This document shows, one piece after another, positions 18,588 to 26,675 of a stretch of 64,000 nucleotides of DNA (within the stretch, counting starts at the first letter, position 1; each line of letters opens with the position of its first letter). The DNA is from Candidatus Latescibacterota bacterium (GTDB taxonomy: Bacteria > Latescibacterota > UBA2968 > GCA-2709665), in contig OZ244937.1 in assembly GCA_965222075.1 (NCBI GenBank), positions 3,040,001 through 3,104,000 of the forward strand, given 5' to 3'. The notes below the pieces were generated by a model, which saw only the letters and a program-made list of their open reading frames with translations, had not been told where the DNA came from and made no database searches. Both the position numbers and the translations under genes were made by a program.

Positions 18588-19787
18588 CTACTGAGCCTCC
18601 CCCCGGGCCGATACCCTCCGAAACTGAATCTCCACAGGGAAATCAAACCCCCGCATTCGTCCAAGTATCCTCCAGTTGACCAGGTCTACGGCCGTCAGTC
18701 CCGGCCCCCCCTCCTGCTGAAGCAGCGTTCCCACATAGGCCCGGGAGCCGTCCGGAGAGACCCCCACCGTAGAGGTGGCATCGCCCACCCTCAGGCGCTT
18801 GGAAATCAGGTTGCGCTTCACATCAATGGCCAGCAGCAATCCATCCGAGACAACATAGAGCGTCTTTCCATCCGGAGAAAACGTGAGCCCCTGGGCCCCG
18901 CTACCGTCCAGCTGGATGGCCCCCACCACGCGATCCGAGACCAGATCCAGGACCGAAATGACCCCTCGATCCAGATTGGCCACGTAGGCCCGAAGGCCGT
19001 CCGCCGTGACCCCCACCTCCGCCGGCCTCGCGCCGATGACAATGCGCCCTACCACCTCCCGGCGTTCCAGATCGACCACCGAAACATCGCGGCTGTCAGT
19101 ATTGATCACATAGAGCTTTTTTCCATCCGGAGCAAGGTCCAGGCCCACCGGCCTTTCCCCCACCGCGATGGTATCCACAGTCGCCCGTGCCACCAGGTCC
19201 ACAATCCGCAGGCGGTCGGTTCGCTCCTCCGTCACATAGGCAAGCTTCCCATCCCGGCTCAGTTCTATCCTCCCCTGTGAATTCGTGGGCACGGTAAACA
19301 CGGCCTCATGCTTTGTGTCCAGCGCAAACAGGCCGAATACTTCCGACACATAGATCGATTTCTGGTCCTGTGAAACCCGGATGCTGCCGGGTCCCCGGAA
19401 AGGGAGATAGTCGATAAGCAGGTGGGTGTCAAAATCGAAGACCCCCACCGAATTGTCCGGGAAATCGGCCACGTACACGGCATAGCCCATCTGCTCCGGT
19501 TCATCAGGCTCACGGTTTCCATACGCGGCGCTAAACGAGATAAAATCCTGAAAATCGATCGTCCCATCCCCGTTCAGATCCATCCGGGCGTTGAACCCCG
19601 GTTCTCCGGAACGGGTGTTGAACGTGTGGGAGAACAGCACGAAATCTTTGAACCCCACCTCTCCATCGCCATCGAAATCCGACGCCATTGGCCCTTCGGC
19701 CACCCAGAAAATACGGCTTCCCTGCGCCTGAAGGTCCTGCACGCTCAGCATACACAAAAAAAGAAAAAAGAGAACTGACCGTTTCAT
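18588..19787 (-). CDS. Secreted protein: dockerin-like double EF-hand domain + YVTN/YncE-type beta-propeller
   Basis: Signal peptide; DFDGDGEVGFKDF...DLNGDGTIDFQDF; repeated (S/A)PDG..(L/A)YV...V.VVDL blades. Confidence 0.85.
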   Translation of the reverse strand: MKRSVLFFLFLCMLSVQDLQAQGSRIFWVAEGPMASDFDGDGEVGFKDFVLFSHTFNTRSGEPGFNARMDLNGDGTIDFQDFISFSAAYGNREPDEPEQMGYAVYVADFPDNSVGVFDFDTHLLIDYLPFRGPGSIRVSQDQKSIYVSEVFGLFALDTKHEAVFTVPTNSQGRIELSRDGKLAYVTEERTDRLRIVDLVARATVDTIAVGERPVGLDLAPDGKKLYVINTDSRDVSVVDLERREVVGRIVIGARPAEVGVTADGLRAYVANLDRGVISVLDLVSDRVVGAIQLDGSGAQGLTFSPDGKTLYVVSDGLLLAIDVKRNLISKRLRVGDATSTVGVSPDGSRAYVGTLLQQEGGPGLTAVDLVNWRILGRMRGFDFPVEIQFRRVSARGEAQ

Positions 19788-19816
19788 AAAAGCGCCTCAT
19801 TAAGGTCTCTTCACCC

Positions 19817-19843
19817 AGGGTGCGTCTCTCCGGACGCACCCCT
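19817..19843. repeat. REP-like hairpin (AGGGTGCGTC..GACGCACCCT)
   Basis: Perfect GC stem in an intergenic region; a similar hairpin GGGCGCAAGGCCCTGCGCCC lies at ~45540-45559. Confidence 0.55.
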
Positions 19844-19983
19844 TCTACTTCATGCTCCACCACCACGGCGGAATAAAAGCCCTTCCGAAATCCGAAATAG
19901 CAGAGCCACCCCGGCAGTACACCTGAGGTGGCCCTTAAGAGCCTGTTAACCTCTCTCCGATACGGGCATGCGTCACAGCCGCT

Positions 19984-20217
19984 TTAAGTCGGATGTTCTA
20001 CATCCTCTTCTGACGGTGACGGTGCGGCCTCCTGCTCATCCGACGCAGCCCTGCCGTTAAACCGGCTGCGCATCTCCTGTGCGGCCGATTCCAGTTGCTT
20101 ATATGCGCGCCGGCCGAGCTCGGATGACAGCAGAACGCCCAGCGCCCCTCCGACAAAGGCACCGGTAAAAAAACCCGTCCAGAAGAAATCCTTATGGACT
20201 TGAGGGTTCCGGACCAT
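19984..20217 (-). CDS. YtxH-like small membrane-anchored protein
   Basis: F..GF..GA.VGG.LG.LL...GR motif; AGGAGG RBS. Confidence 0.75.
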   Translation of the reverse strand: MVRNPQVHKDFFWTGFFTGAFVGGALGVLLSSELGRRAYKQLESAAQEMRSRFNGRAASDEQEAAPSPSEEDVEHPT

Positions 20218-20325
20218 CTCTCGCCTCCTTCATGCAGATTCAACTCGATGTCTTCCTTCAAGTTTACCATAATAATTTCACCGATCTCAGCACAGAAGTC
20301 AAGTGGAAAGAGGACGATACGAGAA

Positions 20326-20697
20326 TCACGTCTCTGCGAACGCCTCTCGTGCCGTAACCAGCGCATCCCAGGTTGCGGGAAATCCACCAAAGGCGCACAT
20401 CTGCAGAATCACCTCCTCCACCTCCTGCCGCGTAGCCCCCGCTCCCAGCGCCCGGTCGATGTGCGTCCGAAGCTGCTCCTGGCGTCCCAGAACGGTCAGC
20501 GCCGACACCGTACAGAGCAACCGGGTCCTCAAATCCAGCCCCTCCCGGGCATAGAGATCGCCCATCACGAACTCCATCACAAACCGCTCGAACTCGGGGT
20601 GCAACTCCCGAAACCGATGGACCACCTCATTCGCAGCCTGTTCTCCAACCATCTGATGCATCAGCGCCAGGCCCTTTTCATACCGTTCGGAAGCCAT
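20326..20697 (-). CDS. Carboxymuconolactone decarboxylase family protein
   Basis: YEKG..., GDLYAREGLDLRTR.L.T..AL..LG...QL..H...AL..GAT..EV.EVI.Q...GGFP. Confidence 0.88.
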   Translation of the reverse strand: MASERYEKGLALMHQMVGEQAANEVVHRFRELHPEFERFVMEFVMGDLYAREGLDLRTRLLCTVSALTVLGRQEQLRTHIDRALGAGATRQEVEEVILQMCAFGGFPATWDALVTAREAFAET

Positions 20698-20713
20698 CCG
20701 ATGCCCTCCTGGT

Positions 20714-23452
20714 TCAGGGGCCCGAAAATCGGGCCTCTCCCACAGACGCCACCACCCCTTCACCTACCTTCACAAAAGCCGAGGTCCGGATCCGACACGT
20801 CACCCGCCCCGGAATCTCCCGGAGTGGAAAAAAGAGGTGCCGTGCCCCCCCGCCTTCCACCGAGAACCCCGGATCGTCCTCCAGCACCAGGCGCGACTGT
20901 TCGCCTGCCCGGTCCACCCCCTGCACGCGACACCCCCGCGTTGTCCCATCGCCGAACGTTACGATCCCCACGGCCCCCTTCAGCGCATCCCCTTCCGGCA
21001 GATCCCCCTCCACGATCAGAGCATCGCATTCTGCGCCATCTTCCAATCTTAAGACAGCCACAACCTCCCCCTCATAAGCGCCGCTTCCCGTCAGAGTATA
21101 ATCCCCCCACCCCAGCTGCGTACCGCCCCACAGCCCCATCATCTCCGGCGTCCCGTCCCGCTCCCGCACAAACCCCATCTCCCCCTGAAGGTGGAGATCC
21201 CCCACAACTGCCGGCCCATCGCCCGACCCGATCCGATGGACAATATGATCCGTAACACCGTGGTGTCGCACAGACAGCGCCATCACATCCCCCTCCCCCG
21301 TCTCCACAGTGACCTCCTCTAAGAACACCTCCCCCTGAAAAGGCTCATGCACCGCCGCGAACCGGCTTGACAGGGGGGCCGCGCCTCTCCTCCGCAGCAG
21401 AAAAATGGGCATCCGGTAGCGGTCCACCAGCGCGTCATTCTCCTCGGCGCGCCGGAAAGACATCGCATCCCCCAGGAAAACCTCGGACCCCGACAGCCCC
21501 GGCAGGTGTGTGCGCACACCCACCGGCGACGCTGACACCGCAAAAGTAACCGTCAGCCCGTTCCCCGCTTCTCCCCGGGACACATGCTGGAAATAGGCGT
21601 AGCTGGGATTCCGTCCCTCCGCCTCTCCCCGGTCCGCCTCTCCCGTCGGATACCGGACCTGAACCCCGGGCAGCAGGTTCTCGCCGTAGGGCGCAAGCGG
21701 AACGCTCACCGCCCCCGACCCATCGTGGTCCGCGCTTCCGTGCAGCGCCCAGTCGTGCTGTGCGCCTCCCGCCACGCGGAACAGGTCCACAACATACACA
21801 TCTCCGCCGTTCGTGGGAATAAGCATAATCACCCGCCTGTACGTTTCTGCGAGTCCGGGATATGCGCCTTCCCCGTTCGCCTCCATCCACTGCACCTGTT
21901 CATAGGCAGCCTCAAAGGCAAACAGCCGACCGTCCGACGGGCCCTGGTCGCCCTGTGTATACTGCCGCTGTTCGTCGATCACCACCGTATTGTGACACAG
22001 CGTGCTCGTACTCCAGGACCGGAAACGCGTGTGCGTATAGCCCACGTCGGACAGCAGCTCATGTCCCCTGGCGAACAGGGCCAGGTTCAGGTTGTCCGCG
22101 TGTTCGTGGCCATAGCCTCCGGAGAAATGCAGGTGGACCTGCACCTGGTCCTCCCCGTCGCCCCGCCCCAGCCAGGCGTGTCCCACGCCCGCAAACAGCG
22201 TCGAGACCGAGCGCTCCACCACCCTGGAATTACTGAAGTGGGCCCAGTTATCGTGCACCGGCAGCCCCCGTCCGTCGGGGTAGCGGAAGAGGTCGGGAAT
22301 GCGCTTTGCCCTGGCGATAATCGGAATCTCCTGCTCCAGATCGATATTGTCGAACCGCGTACCGTCTTCCGGGTGCACATACCCCGGAGGGTCCGAATAC
22401 CCGCGCAGCGCCCTGAACACCCGCGCCATCCCCCCCATCGTCATCCGGTGGTACCCCACGCTCCCCTCCAGCCAGAACCCGTCCACGTAGAACTTCCGTT
22501 CAAACAGCCCCCGGCTCTGGCGCACCCCCTCGTGGACCAGCCCGGGGTCTCCCAGCACCCGCCCGATAGCGATGTAGCCCTCGTAAATACGGGGCGCCGC
22601 ATTGCCGTAGTCGGTCTCGTGCAACCTGTCCTGCCGGATCGCCCCCCGGAAAAAATCCTCCTCAATCCGCGCCTTCACATCCACTCCCGCCTCTTTCAAC
22701 AGCTGCTCCAGTTCCCCGCTGGCGTAGATCCAATCGTACGCATACACCAGATCCAGGGGCATCTCGTCGTGCCGCCAGCGTCCCCACTTGCCGCCCCCAT
22801 TGGGATAGGGCGGTTGCAGCGCAAACCCCTTGGGCCGGTGCGGCCAGTCCCGGCTCACCAGGAATCCCGGATAGTACCGGGCAAACGCGTCCAGGATCAG
22901 CGCCGCGCGCCGGGCATACACCCGGTCCCCTGTCATCTGGTAAAGCTCCCCCAACGCCTTTGCTTTATTAGAAAAGTAGGACCGGGCCTCCCGCCAGCCC
23001 CTTGCAGTGAACAGATATTTGTATCCCGTCTCGTCCTCCCAGTAAGGATACGCCACCTCTTCCCCCACCGGATTCACCACCCGCATCACCTTATCTTCGG
23101 GGTACGTTTCATTCGGAAAAACCATCCCGCAGTACTTGCACTTCACATGGTGCGGATCGTCGATTGACCACCCAAGCTGCCCCTCCTGTGTCCCCTCCTC
23201 GCAGTTGGGGCACCCCATAAACCGGAACCCCGTCCGGTCCGGCACCAGTGCGACCATCTCCTCCTCGGACATCTCCACGATCCTGGCAACAGACCGCACC
23301 AACCGCTTGATTCGCTCCGCAGACGCCTCAACAGGATAAACCGGATGGGCAACTTCCGCCGCCAGACCGGACCTCACAGTACCGAAAAGCAGAATCGCCA
23401 TACAGCCTGAAACCACAGCGCAAAAACCGGCCAGAACGCTCATCTCTTCCAT
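20714..23452 (-). CDS. Heparinase II/III-family protein, paralog H1 (signal peptide, CxxC/CxxC module)
   Basis: DGFW.EGS.GYH, GHEHADNL.L, D.GY...HNTVVID motifs of the heparinase II/III C-terminal fold; GGAGG RBS. Confidence 0.82.
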   Translation of the reverse strand: MEEMSVLAGFCAVVSGCMAILLFGTVRSGLAAEVAHPVYPVEASAERIKRLVRSVARIVEMSEEEMVALVPDRTGFRFMGCPNCEEGTQEGQLGWSIDDPHHVKCKYCGMVFPNETYPEDKVMRVVNPVGEEVAYPYWEDETGYKYLFTARGWREARSYFSNKAKALGELYQMTGDRVYARRAALILDAFARYYPGFLVSRDWPHRPKGFALQPPYPNGGGKWGRWRHDEMPLDLVYAYDWIYASGELEQLLKEAGVDVKARIEEDFFRGAIRQDRLHETDYGNAAPRIYEGYIAIGRVLGDPGLVHEGVRQSRGLFERKFYVDGFWLEGSVGYHRMTMGGMARVFRALRGYSDPPGYVHPEDGTRFDNIDLEQEIPIIARAKRIPDLFRYPDGRGLPVHDNWAHFSNSRVVERSVSTLFAGVGHAWLGRGDGEDQVQVHLHFSGGYGHEHADNLNLALFARGHELLSDVGYTHTRFRSWSTSTLCHNTVVIDEQRQYTQGDQGPSDGRLFAFEAAYEQVQWMEANGEGAYPGLAETYRRVIMLIPTNGGDVYVVDLFRVAGGAQHDWALHGSADHDGSGAVSVPLAPYGENLLPGVQVRYPTGEADRGEAEGRNPSYAYFQHVSRGEAGNGLTVTFAVSASPVGVRTHLPGLSGSEVFLGDAMSFRRAEENDALVDRYRMPIFLLRRRGAAPLSSRFAAVHEPFQGEVFLEEVTVETGEGDVMALSVRHHGVTDHIVHRIGSGDGPAVVGDLHLQGEMGFVRERDGTPEMMGLWGGTQLGWGDYTLTGSGAYEGEVVAVLRLEDGAECDALIVEGDLPEGDALKGAVGIVTFGDGTTRGCRVQGVDRAGEQSRLVLEDDPGFSVEGGGARHLFFPLREIPGRVTCRIRTSAFVKVGEGVVASVGEARFSGP

Positions 23453-23487
23453 CGGAAACCTCCAGGGTGTAATCAGGGCTGAATTCT

Positions 23488-24714
23488 CTAAGCCGCTTCG
23501 TGCGCCCCCAGCACGGCCCGGGCCACGCGCAGCATATTCCCCCCCAGAATCTTCTGAATATCCTCGTCCGAATACCCGCGCTGGACCAGCCCCACGGTAA
23601 AAATCGGCCAGTTGGTCCACGCCAGGCTCTTCACCATATGGTCCTGCCGCCACTGCTCCCCAAACGCATCCGGCGGCCAGAAATACGCCCAGCGGGGCCT
23701 CGTCGACCGCCGCTTCGGAATCTTCTTCCGTTCCGCTTCCCCCGCCCGGGACGCATAGGCGGTATCCGTCCCGATTGTCACGTGATCCGCGCCAAACGTC
23801 CTGGCCGCATAATCGACATGGTCCAGCAGGGCGTTAATATCCCCACTCCTCCCCAAAAACGAAGGAATGCAGCAAATCCCGAGATATCCCCCGGTATCCA
23901 CAATCGCACGGATCACCTCGTCCGGCTTGCCCCGAATATGTTCGTTCACCGCGCAGCAGCCCGAATGGCTCGCCACCATCGGGCGCTCAGACGCCCGGGC
24001 CGCCTCCAGGCTGGTCTGCCACCCCGCGTGCGCCACATCCACGATCACCCCTACCCGGTTCATCTCCGCCACCACCGCCCGCCCAAAATCGCTCAGCCCT
24101 CCGTTGGCCGGCTCTGCGCACCCGTCCCCGATCATATTCCGCCGGTTGTAGGTCAGGTGCATCATCCGGATGCCCAGTTGGTAAAAAATCCGGATATACC
24201 ACAGCTCCTCCTCCACCGAAACCCACTCCTGGGTAAGCGGCACCCCGTTGCCGCTCATGTAAAAACAGTGCTTGTTCTGCGCTTTGGCCGCAACAATATC
24301 GTCGGGCCTCACCGCCCTCAGCAGATAATCCCGCATCATATCCGTCACGTACGTAAACCGCGCCAGCCGTTTCATCAGCCGCATCGGCGACTGCCCTTCC
24401 TCCCCCGCATTCTGAAAAATACACGTCACTCCGGCCGCATCCCAGGCCTCCCTGAACTCCGCCCGCTCCCCGGCATCGGTCGCGCACCGGGTCATCGACA
24501 TATCCTCGTGCATATCCTTCAACTCCGCCTCCGAAGCCCCCGCTTCAACCGCGGCACCCATCGCATCGCCATCCAAAGCCGACCGGGGCGCAAAACCGTA
24601 TGTATCGCACACAATTGCGTTTTGATGCAGCTCCAGCCCGTGCTCCAGGTCTTTCGCGCTCGGCTTCAGAATCCCCAGCGCCACATCCCGTGCATTTTGA
24701 ATCTTCTCGTTCAT
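23488..24714 (-). CDS. Membrane (renal) dipeptidase family M19-like protein
   Basis: GIRMMHLTYN.RN..GDGC.E...GGLSDFG..VV.EMNR.G.IVD.AH, ASHS, IGTD, KILGGN.LRV. Confidence 0.85.
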   Translation of the reverse strand: MNEKIQNARDVALGILKPSAKDLEHGLELHQNAIVCDTYGFAPRSALDGDAMGAAVEAGASEAELKDMHEDMSMTRCATDAGERAEFREAWDAAGVTCIFQNAGEEGQSPMRLMKRLARFTYVTDMMRDYLLRAVRPDDIVAAKAQNKHCFYMSGNGVPLTQEWVSVEEELWYIRIFYQLGIRMMHLTYNRRNMIGDGCAEPANGGLSDFGRAVVAEMNRVGVIVDVAHAGWQTSLEAARASERPMVASHSGCCAVNEHIRGKPDEVIRAIVDTGGYLGICCIPSFLGRSGDINALLDHVDYAARTFGADHVTIGTDTAYASRAGEAERKKIPKRRSTRPRWAYFWPPDAFGEQWRQDHMVKSLAWTNWPIFTVGLVQRGYSDEDIQKILGGNMLRVARAVLGAHEAA

Positions 24715-24730
24715 CTCAAACTCCTTGTAA

Positions 24731-25585
24731 TCACCCTTCTCCCAGCAGCTTCCGGGCATTTTTGTACTTCACCTCCTCGAACGCCTCTTCCGGCAGATCC
24801 AGGCGCAGCAGAAGATCCATCAACCGCGTGTGGAAATGGTCGCGGGCGAACAGCAGCTTGTCCTGAAATTCGATCAGAAAATCCCGGCTGAACGCCTCGT
24901 CCCGTTCCAGCGCCGGCACCCCGTTGCCGGAGAGATCCGCATACAAATTGTCGTACTTCCGCAGCATCTCCGGCACCCTGCCTCCCGGCAGCACCGGTCC
25001 TCCGGGAGCGGGGATCTTGTCGAACAGGTCGTCCCCGGAGATATGCGCCCAGAACCCCTTTGCGTGCCCGATGAAAACCGTCTCCGGGCAGGCCACAATC
25101 GCCCGCTCCAATGCGTCCATCGTCCCGCCGTACCAGGTGTTCGGACGGGGATAGGCAGGTCCGCGGTCGATCGCGTACTCAAGGTGAATCGTAATCGGCA
25201 GCTTCGCCTCTCCGCAAAAGTGATACATCCGGATCAGGTCCGGATCGTCAAACGGCACGCGCACCTTCAGCTCGCCCGCCAGCCGGACCCCGTGGATCTC
25301 CACCGCCGCCTTCAGCCGGTCGATCGCATCCGGACGCTTCGGGTCCGGCATATACCCCAGCACGAATCGCTCCGGAGCCTCCCGGCCCACCTGCAGCACG
25401 TCCCGAAACGGGATCACCCCTCCCCCCGGCGGCAGATGGGCGTTGAGGTTCGGACTGTAATCCGTCTCCGGACACTCCCACGTCAGCAGCCACATCTCAT
25501 CGATGCCCTGTTCGTCCATATTCTTCAGAATCTTCGGCCCATCGTGCCCGTGCCAGTTCGGATGGTTGTGCGCATCGATCAGCAT
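24731..25585 (-). CDS. Amidohydrolase family protein (Amidohydro_2), paralog A1
   Basis: IDAHNH, GELK, PITIH, FIGH, NLYADLS and LLFARD motifs. Confidence 0.88.
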   Translation of the reverse strand: MLIDAHNHPNWHGHDGPKILKNMDEQGIDEMWLLTWECPETDYSPNLNAHLPPGGGVIPFRDVLQVGREAPERFVLGYMPDPKRPDAIDRLKAAVEIHGVRLAGELKVRVPFDDPDLIRMYHFCGEAKLPITIHLEYAIDRGPAYPRPNTWYGGTMDALERAIVACPETVFIGHAKGFWAHISGDDLFDKIPAPGGPVLPGGRVPEMLRKYDNLYADLSGNGVPALERDEAFSRDFLIEFQDKLLFARDHFHTRLMDLLLRLDLPEEAFEEVKYKNARKLLGEG

Positions 25586-25608
25586 CGTTCACCCCTTTAA
25601 CGGTTGCG

Positions 25609-26637
25609 TCAGATTCCCCCTAAATCCACATCGTGGGCGTTCTCATCGGCTGCCTTCTGAATCGTAATCGCAATCCGCGACGCCCGGATCACCGACCCGG
25701 TGCACAGCTCATCCGCCTCCGTCTCATCCCGGACATCCCGCACAAAAGACTTCAGGTGTCCTCCCGGATTGCCCGTCGGTATCGCCCGTCCACCCACCGC
25801 TTTACCGGTACCTGACGCGAGCACGATCTTGTCCGCATTCTGGGCAATCTCTAAAACGCCCTTGCGACCCCAGAACGTCGTCCGCCAGTACCACGGCAGC
25901 TTATACCCCGCGCCGTCGGGCATAAAGTACGACACATCGCCCAGCACCCCGCACCCGTTGTCCATCGTCAGCATCATCTGCGCCCCGTCTTCAAAATGCG
26001 GGGACTCCGGCGCAAACGCGTTCCAGCACCGGGCCGCGTTTACCGTCGCAAATTTCAGGCCGGTCATCCACGGAATACTGTCCACTGCGTGGATCGCAAT
26101 ATCGGTAATCGTCCCCCCGTGCTTCCCCGGCTCAAAATACCACCCCGGCCGGGAACCTGAAAGCAGCGGGTGCTGCCCATCGAACCCAATTGCGTGCACC
26201 TCTCCGATCGTCCCGTCCAGGATCAGCCTTCGCGCGCCGATGGCGCTGCCTAAGTCCCGCCGCGTCAGCATACAGCCCACCTTCAGCCCCATCTCCTGAG
26301 AGAGCCGTTCGATCTCGTCCAACTCGCCCAGGTCCGTGCACAGCGGCTTGTCCGCAATCACGTGCTTTCCCTCACGCAGCGCCTGTACCGCTATGCTCCC
26401 CCGCCGGGCGAAATAGTCTCCGATCGCCACCACGTCGCACGGCGCCTCCAAGAGCATATCCTCGAACCTGGAATGGGTCATCTCAACCCCCTTCCGGACG
26501 GCCTCCTCCCGCGCCGCCGCATCCTCCTCGCACGCGGCCACCAGCTCGACCCCTTCCACCTCTTTCTCTCTCACCCGCTTGTAAAGCGTCTGAATGTGAT
26601 CGTGCCGAAAACCCATAAAGGCGAACCTGAGAGACAT
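25609..26637 (-). CDS. Gfo/Idh/MocA family oxidoreductase
   Basis: Rossmann N-terminus, GKHVIADKPL, GG.I.DIAIH..D. Confidence 0.9.
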   Translation of the reverse strand: MSLRFAFMGFRHDHIQTLYKRVREKEVEGVELVAACEEDAAAREEAVRKGVEMTHSRFEDMLLEAPCDVVAIGDYFARRGSIAVQALREGKHVIADKPLCTDLGELDEIERLSQEMGLKVGCMLTRRDLGSAIGARRLILDGTIGEVHAIGFDGQHPLLSGSRPGWYFEPGKHGGTITDIAIHAVDSIPWMTGLKFATVNAARCWNAFAPESPHFEDGAQMMLTMDNGCGVLGDVSYFMPDGAGYKLPWYWRTTFWGRKGVLEIAQNADKIVLASGTGKAVGGRAIPTGNPGGHLKSFVRDVRDETEADELCTGSVIRASRIAITIQKAADENAHDVDLGGI

Positions 26638-26675
26638 CTAAAACGCCTCCTTTCGCGCTAAAAACGGTGAAACCC

